Source: a virus
Taxonomy: Duplodnaviria; Caudoviricetes
Length of the DNA stretch: 27,731 nt
Direction: 5' to 3' (one strand)
IMG/VR virus record: IMGVR_UViG_3300020439_000054
Coordinates: 1 to 27,731 of that record
The translations under genes were made by a program, and so were the position numbers. Position 1 is the stretch's first letter, and each line of letters begins with the position of its first letter. Below, in pieces: positions 1 to 7,961 of this stretch. The notes below the pieces were generated by a model. That model ran no database searches and was not told the origin of the DNA. It saw only the letters and a list, made by a program, of their open reading frames with translations.

Positions 1-55
1 TGATGGAAGTACCCTGAATTGCTTCTCCTGGTGTCATGCTATATACATTTGCCAT
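1..55 (-). CDS. 5' end of probable major capsid protein (truncated by window edge)
   Basis: ATG at 55 with AAGGAGAGA RBS; reads MANVYSMTPGEAIQGTSI, open to the edge. Product inferred only from position after portal and scaffold. Confidence 0.5.
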   Translation of the reverse strand, partial: MANVYSMTPGEAIQGTSI

Positions 56-72
56 CTTAATCTCTCCTTAAA

Positions 73-972
73 TTAATTTCCAAATGGATTCTTTTTCTTG
101 TAATTACCAATCATTGAATCCATCATTTGATCTTCCACACTCTTTGATGACTGCACATTAGCACCTGGTTGCACACCTATTGGCGTAGGTATTGCTAGTT
201 TCTGTTGTCTTTGTTGCATAAGAGCTTGTTTCTGTTGAGCTTCGGGAGTTATTTGCTGTATTTCAGGCACTTGTCCCTGTTCAACATTACTCATCTTATG
301 TAATCTAACAAGATTATCTAAAGACAAAGAATCTGGTTTACTCATCTTATCAATGAAATCATTAGCCTGTTGAGGTGTATAGTTATATTTAGACTGTAAA
401 TCTGAAATTACTTTCTGATTACGTTGAAACTGAGCTTGTTCAGCTTGCTGTCTTTGTATATCCATAGTACGTCTTTCGTCTACTTTATCCATATAATTAG
501 CTAAGTTGTCCATATACTGCTCCTGTTTAGCTAGGTATTTACCTGAATCGCTATCAGGATCAGCCAGTGCTTCAGAGTGATCATATCCAGCAGGCTTACG
601 AGGTTTAACAGGTCTTTCTAATGAAGGTGTCTCCTCTTTAGTCTGTTCTGCAGGTGTAGATGCTTGAGCTTTCATAAGCTCTGTAACTTGTGATTTCAGT
701 AAATCTACTTCAGCTGCACGTTTATCTGCTTGACTTTGCCAATATTGATATTGACTATCGTCACTCTTTGGATCTTTTGCTTCTTGAACTTCAGAAGGTT
801 GACTTTCTTCGACTATCTCTGGTTGCTCAGTTACATTAGCAACAAATTGCTCTGACTGAGGTTGTCCAAAAACTTCTGCAAAAATGTCTTCTTGAGAGGT
901 AGGTTCAGTTGCAGTCTGACTTTCTACCTGTTGCTCATCCACATTGTCCATTTTTTTTTCTTCGTTTTGCAT
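73..972 (-). CDS. Probable capsid scaffolding protein
   Basis: 299 aa, acidic and Q/E-rich, disordered N-terminus plus coiled-coil-like segments; AAGGAG RBS; directly downstream of portal. Confidence 0.65.
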   Translation of the reverse strand: MQNEEKKMDNVDEQQVESQTATEPTSQEDIFAEVFGQPQSEQFVANVTEQPEIVEESQPSEVQEAKDPKSDDSQYQYWQSQADKRAAEVDLLKSQVTELMKAQASTPAEQTKEETPSLERPVKPRKPAGYDHSEALADPDSDSGKYLAKQEQYMDNLANYMDKVDERRTMDIQRQQAEQAQFQRNQKVISDLQSKYNYTPQQANDFIDKMSKPDSLSLDNLVRLHKMSNVEQGQVPEIQQITPEAQQKQALMQQRQQKLAIPTPIGVQPGANVQSSKSVEDQMMDSMIGNYKKKNPFGN

Positions 973-986
973 ATTTATCTCCTTTT

Positions 987-3329
987 CTAACTCTCTGTTT
1001 CCTGTTCACTCAACAACGGAGTTATGTCAAACATATTCTCTTCTTCAAGTTGTTGTTCTACTTCAGGTGTAACAGAGTTCATCAGATTTGATTTTGCATC
1101 GTTAAGTCTAGCTTTATATAAGCTAGCTGCCATATCAGCCCTATTAGATATCTTATCTAAATCTGAGCTAAATTTCTCGACTTCTAAACGTTTCTTAGCA
1201 TGTACTTCTTCACGTGTAGCAGTCTGTAAGTCTCCCTTGACTTTCTTTAATTCTTCTTGCAACCCTTGTAATTGTGCCATCATTTGTTGCATTTGTCCAG
1301 CACGTTCCATAACTCCTTCTATATCTACGAGTTCTGTTTTCTTTAATACTTCTGTTTGGTCTATAAGTCCCATTTGATACATTTGCATATATGTATTTAA
1401 TAATGCCATTCTATTTGATGGTAAAGTAGAACCAGATACGACAACTAAATCATATCTACCAACACCAATATCATGGTATTTAGTTACACTTCCATCTCCC
1501 ATTTCTTTATAAAAATTAATTTGTTCTTCTTTTTCTAAACCATTTGGTTGTACAAGTCTAATAACTTTTTCTTCTGTATAAAGTTGCTGTATTAAAGGTA
1601 TTGCAACCTTACCAACCTGATTTAAAAAGTTTTCTATATCATCTCTTCTAGATTTAATTCTACGCTGGCCAAACTCATCTACAACTAATGTACCTCTATA
1701 AGTAGACGGTGCACTTCTACCACTACCCTGCATCATCTCAAAAATACCAAAGCCATATTCTAAGTCATACTTAGCATCAGCTTCATTTTTATACAGTTCA
1801 TTTGGTAATGGGACTGGGCCAGCTACAATCGGTGCACCCAATTCAGCATCAAATTCAATTACACTTGTACCTGCTTTGCTCCATTCTTCTTCTATCTGTC
1901 TTAAATCAGCAGACCCTCTAGGTATTAAAAGCTTTACATTGGTACTTGTACTTGCATGTGCTATAATTAATGAACGTATTTTATTTATATATTCTTGTAA
2001 AGGTCTATACAATCTTACATCAGACTCTGGATAGGGATTTCTATGATGTACATTCATTAATGGTATAATAGGATAATCTTCTGTTGGTAACATTCTTTTG
2101 TATAGCAAATGATCTCCTACTGTAACAACCATCTCTATACAAGGTTTTGTTATTTCATTAGCAGTTATTTCTCCTAATCCTATCAATTCTTCTGGTGATA
2201 CAGGTATTAATGTAATAGTACTACCAGGTATAGCATCTGGTGTTTCAATTCCATTAACTCTTACAGGTTCTGCTTGAACCATGTTGCCCATTTCATCCAC
2301 TTGAGGTTCTGGTAGTTCATAATGAAATGTACCGCCAGTATCCATTAACACTCTAGTTAAATCAGAAACAGCCTCATCTTCAAAGACAATAACCTCTTCA
2401 CCAGTAATTTTTCTTATTTTTATATATATTTTGCCAATATATTCTGCAAACTCTGAATCATCCATTAAAAATTCTCTTTGAGAAAATGGTTCAAAGATAT
2501 TGTAATATGGCATCATAACTCTAGAATAACGCTCTGTATACTTTCTTTTTGTGTGCATTTGAGTATCATCGTCACCAAAAAACATTTGTCCTTCAGTTGC
2601 AGCTAAATTAGTTACAGGATAATCGTCTTCATTATCTGGTTCTGGATTTGCTTGTTCGATAATATCCATATACTCAGGATATACTAACTCTGCATACTCA
2701 TCTGTCATATACTTACATACTAAAATATGTGCAGCATCTCTAGCGTATATATCTTTTGAGTTTGGATCTATAAAAACATCTAAAGGATTTATAGATTTAA
2801 TACATACTTCTCCTTTACCTAAATCTGCCTGTGGGTCTTGATATACTTGCATAACCCCCATACCACCGACATAGTAATCATCTATAATCTTTTTTAACTC
2901 TTCATCTCCAGATGATTGTTGCCATATGTATTGAAATAAATCAGAAAATACTCTAGCTGTCTTTCTATCAGAATCTTCACGTGCAGTTGCTCTAAACTGA
3001 GGTGAGTTGTATGTAAGCAAAGATTTTGCTGTTTCTACAATAGGGTGAATACGATTGACTACGATAGGAGCCTGTCCACGTGATTCTAATACTTCTTGTT
3101 CTTCGTTAGTCCATTGAGCACCAGCTCTAAATTCTATAGACTCTTGAAACTTTTGAGCCCAAAGTTCTCTTGAACTCTTATATTCTGTAAATAATTCTCT
3201 TGTTAACTCTACTTCTTCAGGAATAGTATATGCACTGATTCTACCATCATCAAAACCAAAAACAGTTTTATTGTCTGTCTTGTTCTGTTTTCTTGTTGCT
3301 GCTTTCTTTTTTTGAATCGTCCTTGGCAC
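987..3329 (-). CDS. Portal protein (P22 gp1-like)
   Basis: 780 aa; N-terminal FRAGAQWT...GQAPIVVNRI pattern typical of P22-type portals; C-terminal Q-rich coiled coil; follows TerL; GTG start with GAGG RBS. Confidence 0.85.
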   Translation of the reverse strand: MPRTIQKKKAATRKQNKTDNKTVFGFDDGRISAYTIPEEVELTRELFTEYKSSRELWAQKFQESIEFRAGAQWTNEEQEVLESRGQAPIVVNRIHPIVETAKSLLTYNSPQFRATAREDSDRKTARVFSDLFQYIWQQSSGDEELKKIIDDYYVGGMGVMQVYQDPQADLGKGEVCIKSINPLDVFIDPNSKDIYARDAAHILVCKYMTDEYAELVYPEYMDIIEQANPEPDNEDDYPVTNLAATEGQMFFGDDDTQMHTKRKYTERYSRVMMPYYNIFEPFSQREFLMDDSEFAEYIGKIYIKIRKITGEEVIVFEDEAVSDLTRVLMDTGGTFHYELPEPQVDEMGNMVQAEPVRVNGIETPDAIPGSTITLIPVSPEELIGLGEITANEITKPCIEMVVTVGDHLLYKRMLPTEDYPIIPLMNVHHRNPYPESDVRLYRPLQEYINKIRSLIIAHASTSTNVKLLIPRGSADLRQIEEEWSKAGTSVIEFDAELGAPIVAGPVPLPNELYKNEADAKYDLEYGFGIFEMMQGSGRSAPSTYRGTLVVDEFGQRRIKSRRDDIENFLNQVGKVAIPLIQQLYTEEKVIRLVQPNGLEKEEQINFYKEMGDGSVTKYHDIGVGRYDLVVVSGSTLPSNRMALLNTYMQMYQMGLIDQTEVLKKTELVDIEGVMERAGQMQQMMAQLQGLQEELKKVKGDLQTATREEVHAKKRLEVEKFSSDLDKISNRADMAASLYKARLNDAKSNLMNSVTPEVEQQLEEENMFDITPLLSEQETES

Positions 3330-3423
3330 GTTTAACCTCTATATATCCCTTCGGTATTTCGATATTTAATTTTGAAAGAATGTCTTCCATATTTAATGTA
3401 TATTTATCTTTATCGTAGTCCAT
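3268..3423 (-). CDS. Small hypothetical protein (51 aa, MDYDKDKYTL...), overlaps portal start
   Basis: Translated by hand; fills the TerL-portal gap just downstream of a sigma70-like promoter; weak RBS. Confidence 0.4.
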   Translation of the reverse strand: MDYDKDKYTLNMEDILSKLNIEIPKGYIEVKRAKDDSKKESSNKKTEQDRQ

Positions 3424-3437
3424 AAAGTTTTATCCGT

Positions 3438-3466
3438 AATTTATTATTAAATTAAACACTTGTCAA
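3438..3466 (-). promoter_or_regulatory. Sigma70-type promoter for portal/head genes
   Basis: Minus strand TTGACA (3466-3461), 17 nt, TAAATT (3443-3438). Confidence 0.65.
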
Positions 3467-3473
3467 GTACTTT

Positions 3474-4955
3474 TTATATTAATTTCCAATTTTTTCTTTG
3501 AGGAAACAAATAATCATCTTCTTCGTAAACTAACTCAGCTTCATGTACAGGTTTATAACAATTTTTATTAGCATAGAAAAATCCATCTAATAAGTCATCA
3601 TGTTTACCTCTAGGGTATAAAGTAAGTTCATCTACTAGTGCTTGCATATTTTTTTGTATAAATACTTTATTATTAGCAAATATAGGCTGCAAACTTTCTA
3701 ATCTGTACGATTTTCTAGTTCTAGGGTTTTCTTTTATTTCTAATCCTGGTATAAATAAACCCTCTTCTTCTGCACGTTCTTTAATATATTGACGTAACAT
3801 TTCCTGATACCCCACAGATTCTATTCTAGTTTTAGAACTTCTGTAGTTTTTAAAGTTATGTATGATAGCATCTGCTAAATCTAGAGGAGTCGCCCTCTTT
3901 CTGAAATACGGGAGTACCCAACGATTATTATCACTATCAATAGCAATATTGAATATAACACTGTAATCAGCTCCTTTCTTGGTACTAGATGCGGGATCGA
4001 CTCCAGTAAACACGTTTACAGGTCTAATCTCTTCCACTTCCTCACCATTTATGTTCGTCAGTACGAGATTCGACAATCCCTGTTCATCTCTTTCGATGTA
4101 TCCATCGTAGTAGTTAATATCTTCGGCACGGAATAAATTGTCTTCATCTCCTACGATTTGACACAAATATTCTCTATAAAATACCGATAATCTGTTAATA
4201 CTGTCTAATTCTTCTTTCTTTTCTATTAATTTTTTAATAGGCCATACTTCAGGCCATAATGCTGTACCAGATTCTAAATCAGGGCTAAACATTAAGTTAC
4301 TCCAACCTTTCATGTCTTTTAACGTCTCAACCATACATCTTTCATGTTGAGGAGTACCAATAACACATATCCTCCCACGGAGTGGGTCCAAGGATGGAAC
4401 ACCAGATTGTAGAAGCCAACGTAGATTATACTCCATAGCTTCTGCAGTTTTTGTATTAACCTCATCTTCAGGATCATCCAGTATAAGCAAAGTCGGTCTT
4501 TGATTACCATGTTTGATACCTCTAATTTGTTGTCCTGTTCCTTTACATATAATAATACTTCCATCTTTTAGTTCTATCTCTGTATTAGTCCACTTCCTAG
4601 CCGAGTTCTGTCCCCAGTATCCAAAAAAGTATCTAAACTCTTGAGAATAATCTAATACATCTTTTATAGTACCTAACAACTTTGTAGCATGTGATTGCGT
4701 TCTAGATACCAATACAATTACTTTTACACCTTTATCCATCATCAAATGCCATAAAGGATATACACCAGCTACGATAGAAGACTTAGCATGTCCACGTGGT
4801 GCTATAATATTAATTTGTTTTTTCTCACTTTTTAGTTCTTCTACTATATCGTAATGAAATCCTGGTGAGTTTTCACTAAACATATTAGGCATAACCATCC
4901 TACCGAACAGAAGCATATCCTGTTCCATTTCTAATAATATTTTCTTTTTATCCAT
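3474..4955 (-). CDS. terL: Terminase large subunit
   Basis: Walker A APRGHAKS, Walker B LLILDDPE, coupling motif IGTP, RNase H-like GVDPA and HDDLLD; ATG at 4955 overlaps the upstream TGA. Confidence 0.95.
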   Translation of the reverse strand: MDKKKILLEMEQDMLLFGRMVMPNMFSENSPGFHYDIVEELKSEKKQINIIAPRGHAKSSIVAGVYPLWHLMMDKGVKVIVLVSRTQSHATKLLGTIKDVLDYSQEFRYFFGYWGQNSARKWTNTEIELKDGSIIICKGTGQQIRGIKHGNQRPTLLILDDPEDEVNTKTAEAMEYNLRWLLQSGVPSLDPLRGRICVIGTPQHERCMVETLKDMKGWSNLMFSPDLESGTALWPEVWPIKKLIEKKEELDSINRLSVFYREYLCQIVGDEDNLFRAEDINYYDGYIERDEQGLSNLVLTNINGEEVEEIRPVNVFTGVDPASSTKKGADYSVIFNIAIDSDNNRWVLPYFRKRATPLDLADAIIHNFKNYRSSKTRIESVGYQEMLRQYIKERAEEEGLFIPGLEIKENPRTRKSYRLESLQPIFANNKVFIQKNMQALVDELTLYPRGKHDDLLDGFFYANKNCYKPVHEAELVYEEDDYLFPQRKNWKLI

Positions 4956-5065
4956 CAATCTTTTATAATTAAAGTAAGCTTAAAGTCTTCTGCTACTTGT
5001 GTAAGTACAGCAAGGAACTCTATCATATCTATCTTCTTACCTTCTAACTTAATCGTTTTCTTCAT
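4955..5065 (-). CDS. Small hypothetical protein (36 aa, MKKTIKLEGKK...)
   Basis: Translated by hand; start overlaps the end of the TerS candidate, stop overlaps TerL ATG (TGATG), suggesting translational coupling. Confidence 0.5.
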   Translation of the reverse strand: MKKTIKLEGKKIDMIEFLAVLTQVAEDFKLTLIIKD

Positions 5066-5816
5066 CTAACATTCTCGTTTGTGTTGCTTTTAGCTTTTTA
5101 GTTTGTTTATCATATGTATCTGCTATCTGATGAGACATATCCATTTCTATAGACTCTGTTATTTGTTTATTCTTAGGTTTCATATCTAGAAACTCAGATA
5201 ATTCTTTTGCAGCACGTATCATATTAGCTGGATCTTCTTTCATCTTAGCTACATCTACTGCATCTTTTATAACATCTAGTACGTATCCTTCGTCAATCTC
5301 TCTATCTATTAGTATTTCTTTTAGCTTATCAGCCATAATCTTCTTAACCTCTTTAGTTTTTAACAATTTTTTTACAGCCATCTGCGGATTTTTCTGATCT
5401 GGCCTGTAAATTGTACCAATTTTATGTAAATCAGGCTTTTTACCTGATATTTTGTAGGCTAGAAACGCATCTATTGCTAATTCTGCTCTATCTCTTACTG
5501 CTTCTAGCTCTGCATACGTTTTAGTAGACACATTACTGTAGTTTTTACTATGGTAATGGGGTTCAAACTTTAATTTACCAGTCTTTGATACCCATTGCCT
5601 ACCATATGGAAACACCATTTCAACACTTGTACCATAAATGTTACGCTGTAAACACTCAGCCACATAACCATCGTCACTAATTCCCCAATCACCAGGGCTA
5701 CACTTGTTCCAATGTTTATATTTCTTGCCAGTTTCCTTAAATTCTTCCAGAGGATAAACGTAATAGTCTTCCTCTTCAAAGTTATTTACCTTCAGTCTTC
5801 TCGTTATCTTTATCAT
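5049..5816 (-). CDS. Probable terminase small subunit with extra N-terminal domain
   Basis: Upstream of TerL; C-terminal half has a TerS-like helical pattern (KLLKTKEVKKIM...YVLDVIKDAV...IRAAKELSEFLDM). Confidence 0.65.
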   Translation of the reverse strand: MIKITRRLKVNNFEEEDYYVYPLEEFKETGKKYKHWNKCSPGDWGISDDGYVAECLQRNIYGTSVEMVFPYGRQWVSKTGKLKFEPHYHSKNYSNVSTKTYAELEAVRDRAELAIDAFLAYKISGKKPDLHKIGTIYRPDQKNPQMAVKKLLKTKEVKKIMADKLKEILIDREIDEGYVLDVIKDAVDVAKMKEDPANMIRAAKELSEFLDMKPKNKQITESIEMDMSHQIADTYDKQTKKLKATQTRMLDEEND

Positions 5817-6003
5817 CTAACGGGTATTTTTTTTCTAAAAATTTTATAAATTCTTCTTTATCGCCTTTCATATTCATATATTCATCTAGGGCCTTATCAC
5901 CGTTGAAAACTTGCAATCTTAACTGCTCTAACTGAATCATCAAGGCTCCAATCATTCCTGCTAATTCTTTAATGTTAGGTTTCTTTTTTTGTTTTGGTAT
6001 CAT
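5782..6003 (-). CDS. Hypothetical protein (73 aa)
   Basis: AAGGA upstream of ATG; co-oriented with and overlapping the TerS candidate. Confidence 0.65.
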   Translation of the reverse strand: MIPKQKKKPNIKELAGMIGALMIQLEQLRLQVFNGDKALDEYMNMKGDKEEFIKFLEKKYPLDDKDNEKTEGK

Positions 6004-6010
6004 TTTTTAC

Positions 6011-6039
6011 TTGACATCCTTATTTTTTAGTAGTATACT
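6011..6039 (+). promoter_or_regulatory. Near-consensus sigma70 promoter, rightward
   Basis: TTGACA (6011-6016), 17 nt, TATACT (6034-6039). Confidence 0.7.
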
Positions 6040-6084
6040 ATAAGTAGTACTTAACACATGTGTAAGTATACTTTAAGTATTACT
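6031..6084. repeat. Array of abutting short palindromes, AGTA(N0-1)TACT x4
   Basis: TAGTATACTA 6031-6040, TAAGTAgTACTTA 6041-6053, ACACATGTGT 6054-6063, AAGTATACTT 6064-6073, AGTAtTACT 6076-6084. Confidence 0.75.
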
Positions 6085-6295
6085 AGTTCAATTCCCTAAT
6101 AACATCAACATTCATTTCTATAGCTTCATACACAAAATCAATCTCAGCTTGTGCATAATGCATACTCTTTACATGAATATGTTCTTCATTACCAGGCTCA
6201 AATTCAAATTCGATCCATTCATCTGTCTTTTTATCTAATTTCTGGAGCTTTCCAGTCATTACCATCATAAACAACATCTTCTTTGGTATCTTCAT
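6083..6295 (-). CDS. Hypothetical protein (70 aa), likely leaderless
   Basis: ORF track starts at 6316, but that ATG lies inside the promoter spacer; ATG 6295 is 7 nt past the -10 box. Confidence 0.6.
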   Translation of the reverse strand: MKIPKKMLFMMVMTGKLQKLDKKTDEWIEFEFEPGNEEHIHVKSMHYAQAEIDFVYEAIEMNVDVIRELN

Positions 6296-6302
6296 AATTT
6301 TA

Positions 6303-6331
6303 AATATACAACCCATTTTTCAAAAATGCAA
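6303..6331 (-). promoter_or_regulatory. Sigma70-type promoter heading the packaging operon
   Basis: Minus strand TTGCAT (6331-6326), 17 nt, TATATT (6308-6303). Confidence 0.55.
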
Positions 6332-6375
6332 CTAGAATGTATGTACGTCTTATATATAGTAATAGCCCCAAGCCT

Positions 6376-6430
6376 TTGACTTGGCTTGACTTGGCTTTTA
6401 GTTGAGTTTAGTCAATTACTTTAACTAAAA
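6376..6430. repeat. Tandem TTGACTTGGC x2 followed by an inverted repeat
   Basis: 6376-6385 and 6386-6395 identical; TTTTAGTTGA 6396-6405 / TTAACTAAAA 6421-6430 (one G-T pair). Confidence 0.6.
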
Positions 6431-6443
6431 TGGAGGGTTAACT

Positions 6444-6710
6444 ATGTTAATCATTAAGTATGTGAATTACGAATCACAAGGTAGTAGTGAGAAAACTACT
6501 AAGTTAGACAAAGGTTCTGTCCAAGCAGGAGATTTTGTGCAATTAAAGAAACCATTTGCGGAAGCAAACGATCAAGAAAAAGCAGAAGTATCTGCATTGT
6601 TAAAAGAAGGTTGTGAGTTAAGCACTAACCAGTCTCCAGGTATGAAAAAGCAGAACAGATACGCAGTATCAGGTTCAGACTCTACTGAGGAAGCTTCTTG
6701 GAATGAGTAA
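6444..6710 (+). CDS. Hypothetical early protein (88 aa)
   Basis: GGAGG RBS; TAA TAG double stop; followed by a terminator. Confidence 0.8.
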   Translation: MLIIKYVNYESQGSSEKTTKLDKGSVQAGDFVQLKKPFAEANDQEKAEVSALLKEGCELSTNQSPGMKKQNRYAVSGSDSTEEASWNE

Positions 6711-6715
6711 TAGAT

Positions 6716-6740
6716 AGAGGGACTTTGTTCCCTCTTTCTT
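6716..6740 (+). terminator. Intrinsic terminator
   Basis: AGAGGGA-ctttgt-TCCCTCT then TTCTT, directly after the stop codon. Confidence 0.65.
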
Positions 6741-6776
6741 ACTATTACTTAATACCCTACAATAGCGGTAAATGTG

Positions 6777-6800
6777 TTAAAACTTAAAACTTAAAACTTA
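6777..6800. repeat. 7-bp tandem repeat TTAAAAC x3.4
   Basis: ttaaaac ttaaaac ttaaaac tta directly before the GAGGAG RBS. Confidence 0.75.
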
Positions 6801-6808
6801 GAGAGGAG

Positions 6809-7030
6809 TTGGTCGTGAGTTACTTAGAAACTTGTAGTAAGCCTGAACTAGTTCATCAGCTTACATTAGTCTTTACTTGCAACAATAGAACAATACTAGA
6901 TAGTAATGTTCAACAAGTATTAGATGAATCTACAAAAGAAGAACTAATAGCATACAGACGACTTGGTGTCGTTAAAAGTATGAGAAGAATAACCAAGATA
7001 GTAAAACAAAGAATTAAAGCAAGTGCTTAG
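6809..7030 (+). CDS. Hypothetical protein (~71-73 aa)
   Basis: GAGGAG RBS; GTG at 6815 is the better-spaced start. Confidence 0.65.
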   Translation: MVVSYLETCSKPELVHQLTLVFTCNNRTILDSNVQQVLDESTKEELIAYRRLGVVKSMRRITKIVKQRIKASA

Positions 7031-7469
7031 CTAGTATTTGCTTTAATGTTCGTAAGCATGTGAATGTGTATTAACCCACATCATGCTGATTAGGTCTCGA
7101 TAGAGTATGAGCATACTAAATAGTATGTGAATGGCTAGCAAAAGCTAGTACCAATCGAACTCTGCACTAAAGTGATAACGAGTAGGTTATCACCAATAAA
7201 TGCATAGAATACAAGGTCAATCAGTCGAGCCTTGCTATGCCACATGATTAATACAATGAACAAGAGTGGAGACACTATCAAACTTGTTTGAGTATGCCTG
7301 ATAAGGTATGAGTGTGTATTGGTGTGAGGGAGGCTCCTCACCAGGTAAATCAACAGAGTTGCAAGTAAACTCTAATCTTGCACGAACACGCTAGTCTGTT
7401 AAGCCACACAGCCATCAATGTAGATGTGTTGTAAAACTTAACAGACTAGTAGTTTTACTCAGATACCTA
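7013..7469 (+). ncRNA. Candidate large structured non-coding RNA
   Basis: At least 10 helices with G-U pairs on the + strand, a GAGA tetraloop, an H-type pseudoknot (7355-7382), a 13-bp perfect stem (7391-7403/7437-7449), and no + strand ORF of 60 aa or more. Confidence 0.6.
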
Positions 7470-7487
7470 CAATAAAAGGAGTGTGGT

Positions 7488-7760
7488 ATGAGTAATTTAA
7501 TAGCAATAACTGTCATGATAGGACTAACAATAATATGTTTGTTCTTACTATGTATGTTAATGATAAAATGTTTCTATACATTAGTACATTATCATGATAT
7601 GTTGCAAACAGAAAGAGTAAAAGTGGTTGCATTGGAAGAAGATAACAAGCAAAAAGATCTGAAGATACAAGAATTAAAGCGACCACACACAACACGCAAC
7701 GAGTACTTAACAAAGGAATTGTTCGATGACATCAAGCAAAACCAATTTGAACAAGTATAA
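7488..7760 (+). CDS. Membrane-anchored protein with coiled coil (90 aa)
   Basis: AAGGAG RBS; hydrophobic N-terminal ~25 aa; charged C-terminal half. Confidence 0.75.
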   Translation: MSNLIAITVMIGLTIICLFLLCMLMIKCFYTLVHYHDMLQTERVKVVALEEDNKQKDLKIQELKRPHTTRNEYLTKELFDDIKQNQFEQV

Positions 7761-7869
7761 GAAGCGTGCAGTTAGTAAAAACCAAATCCGTAAACTTGTC
7801 AATATGCAGAAAGCAAAGGCCGAAAGAGCCGCTGATAAGTTTATGGATTGGGTGGAGAGTTGGAGATAG
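7726..7869 (+). CDS. Small basic hypothetical protein (47 aa, MTSSKTNLNKYKKR...)
   Basis: Translated by hand; AAGGA RBS; overlaps the previous gene's end. Confidence 0.5.
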   Translation: MTSSKTNLNKYKKRAVSKNQIRKLVNMQKAKAERAADKFMDWVESWR

Positions 7870-7876
7870 ATTCGGT

Positions 7877-7947
7877 GGCTATGTAGTGCAGCTAGAGACT
7901 CAAGAGTCTAAGATGGTAATAAAGGTATACAACTGGCTGCACTAGCC
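7877..7947 (+). other. Intergenic branched stem-loop
   Basis: TAGTGCAGCTAG 7884-7895 / CTGGCTGCACTA 7933-7944 enclosing AGACTC-aa-GAGTCT 7896-7909. Confidence 0.6.
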
Positions 7948-7961
7948 TATAAGGAGGAAAG

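Noticed and set aside
909-1377. Plus-strand ORFs over scaffold and portal
   Set aside because: Antisense shadows; the same applies to the other short nested ORFs inside terL, E2, E1 and primase-helicase
6376-6800. CRISPR mini-array
   Set aside because: Repeats are 7-10 bp, tandem and lack spacers
7293-7310. Hammerhead ribozyme core (CTGATAAG)
   Set aside because: Does not match CUGANGA and no suitably placed GAAA was found
7135-7353. 72-aa minus-strand ORF
   Set aside because: TTG start, no RBS, antisense to the early block; the region is better explained by RNA structure
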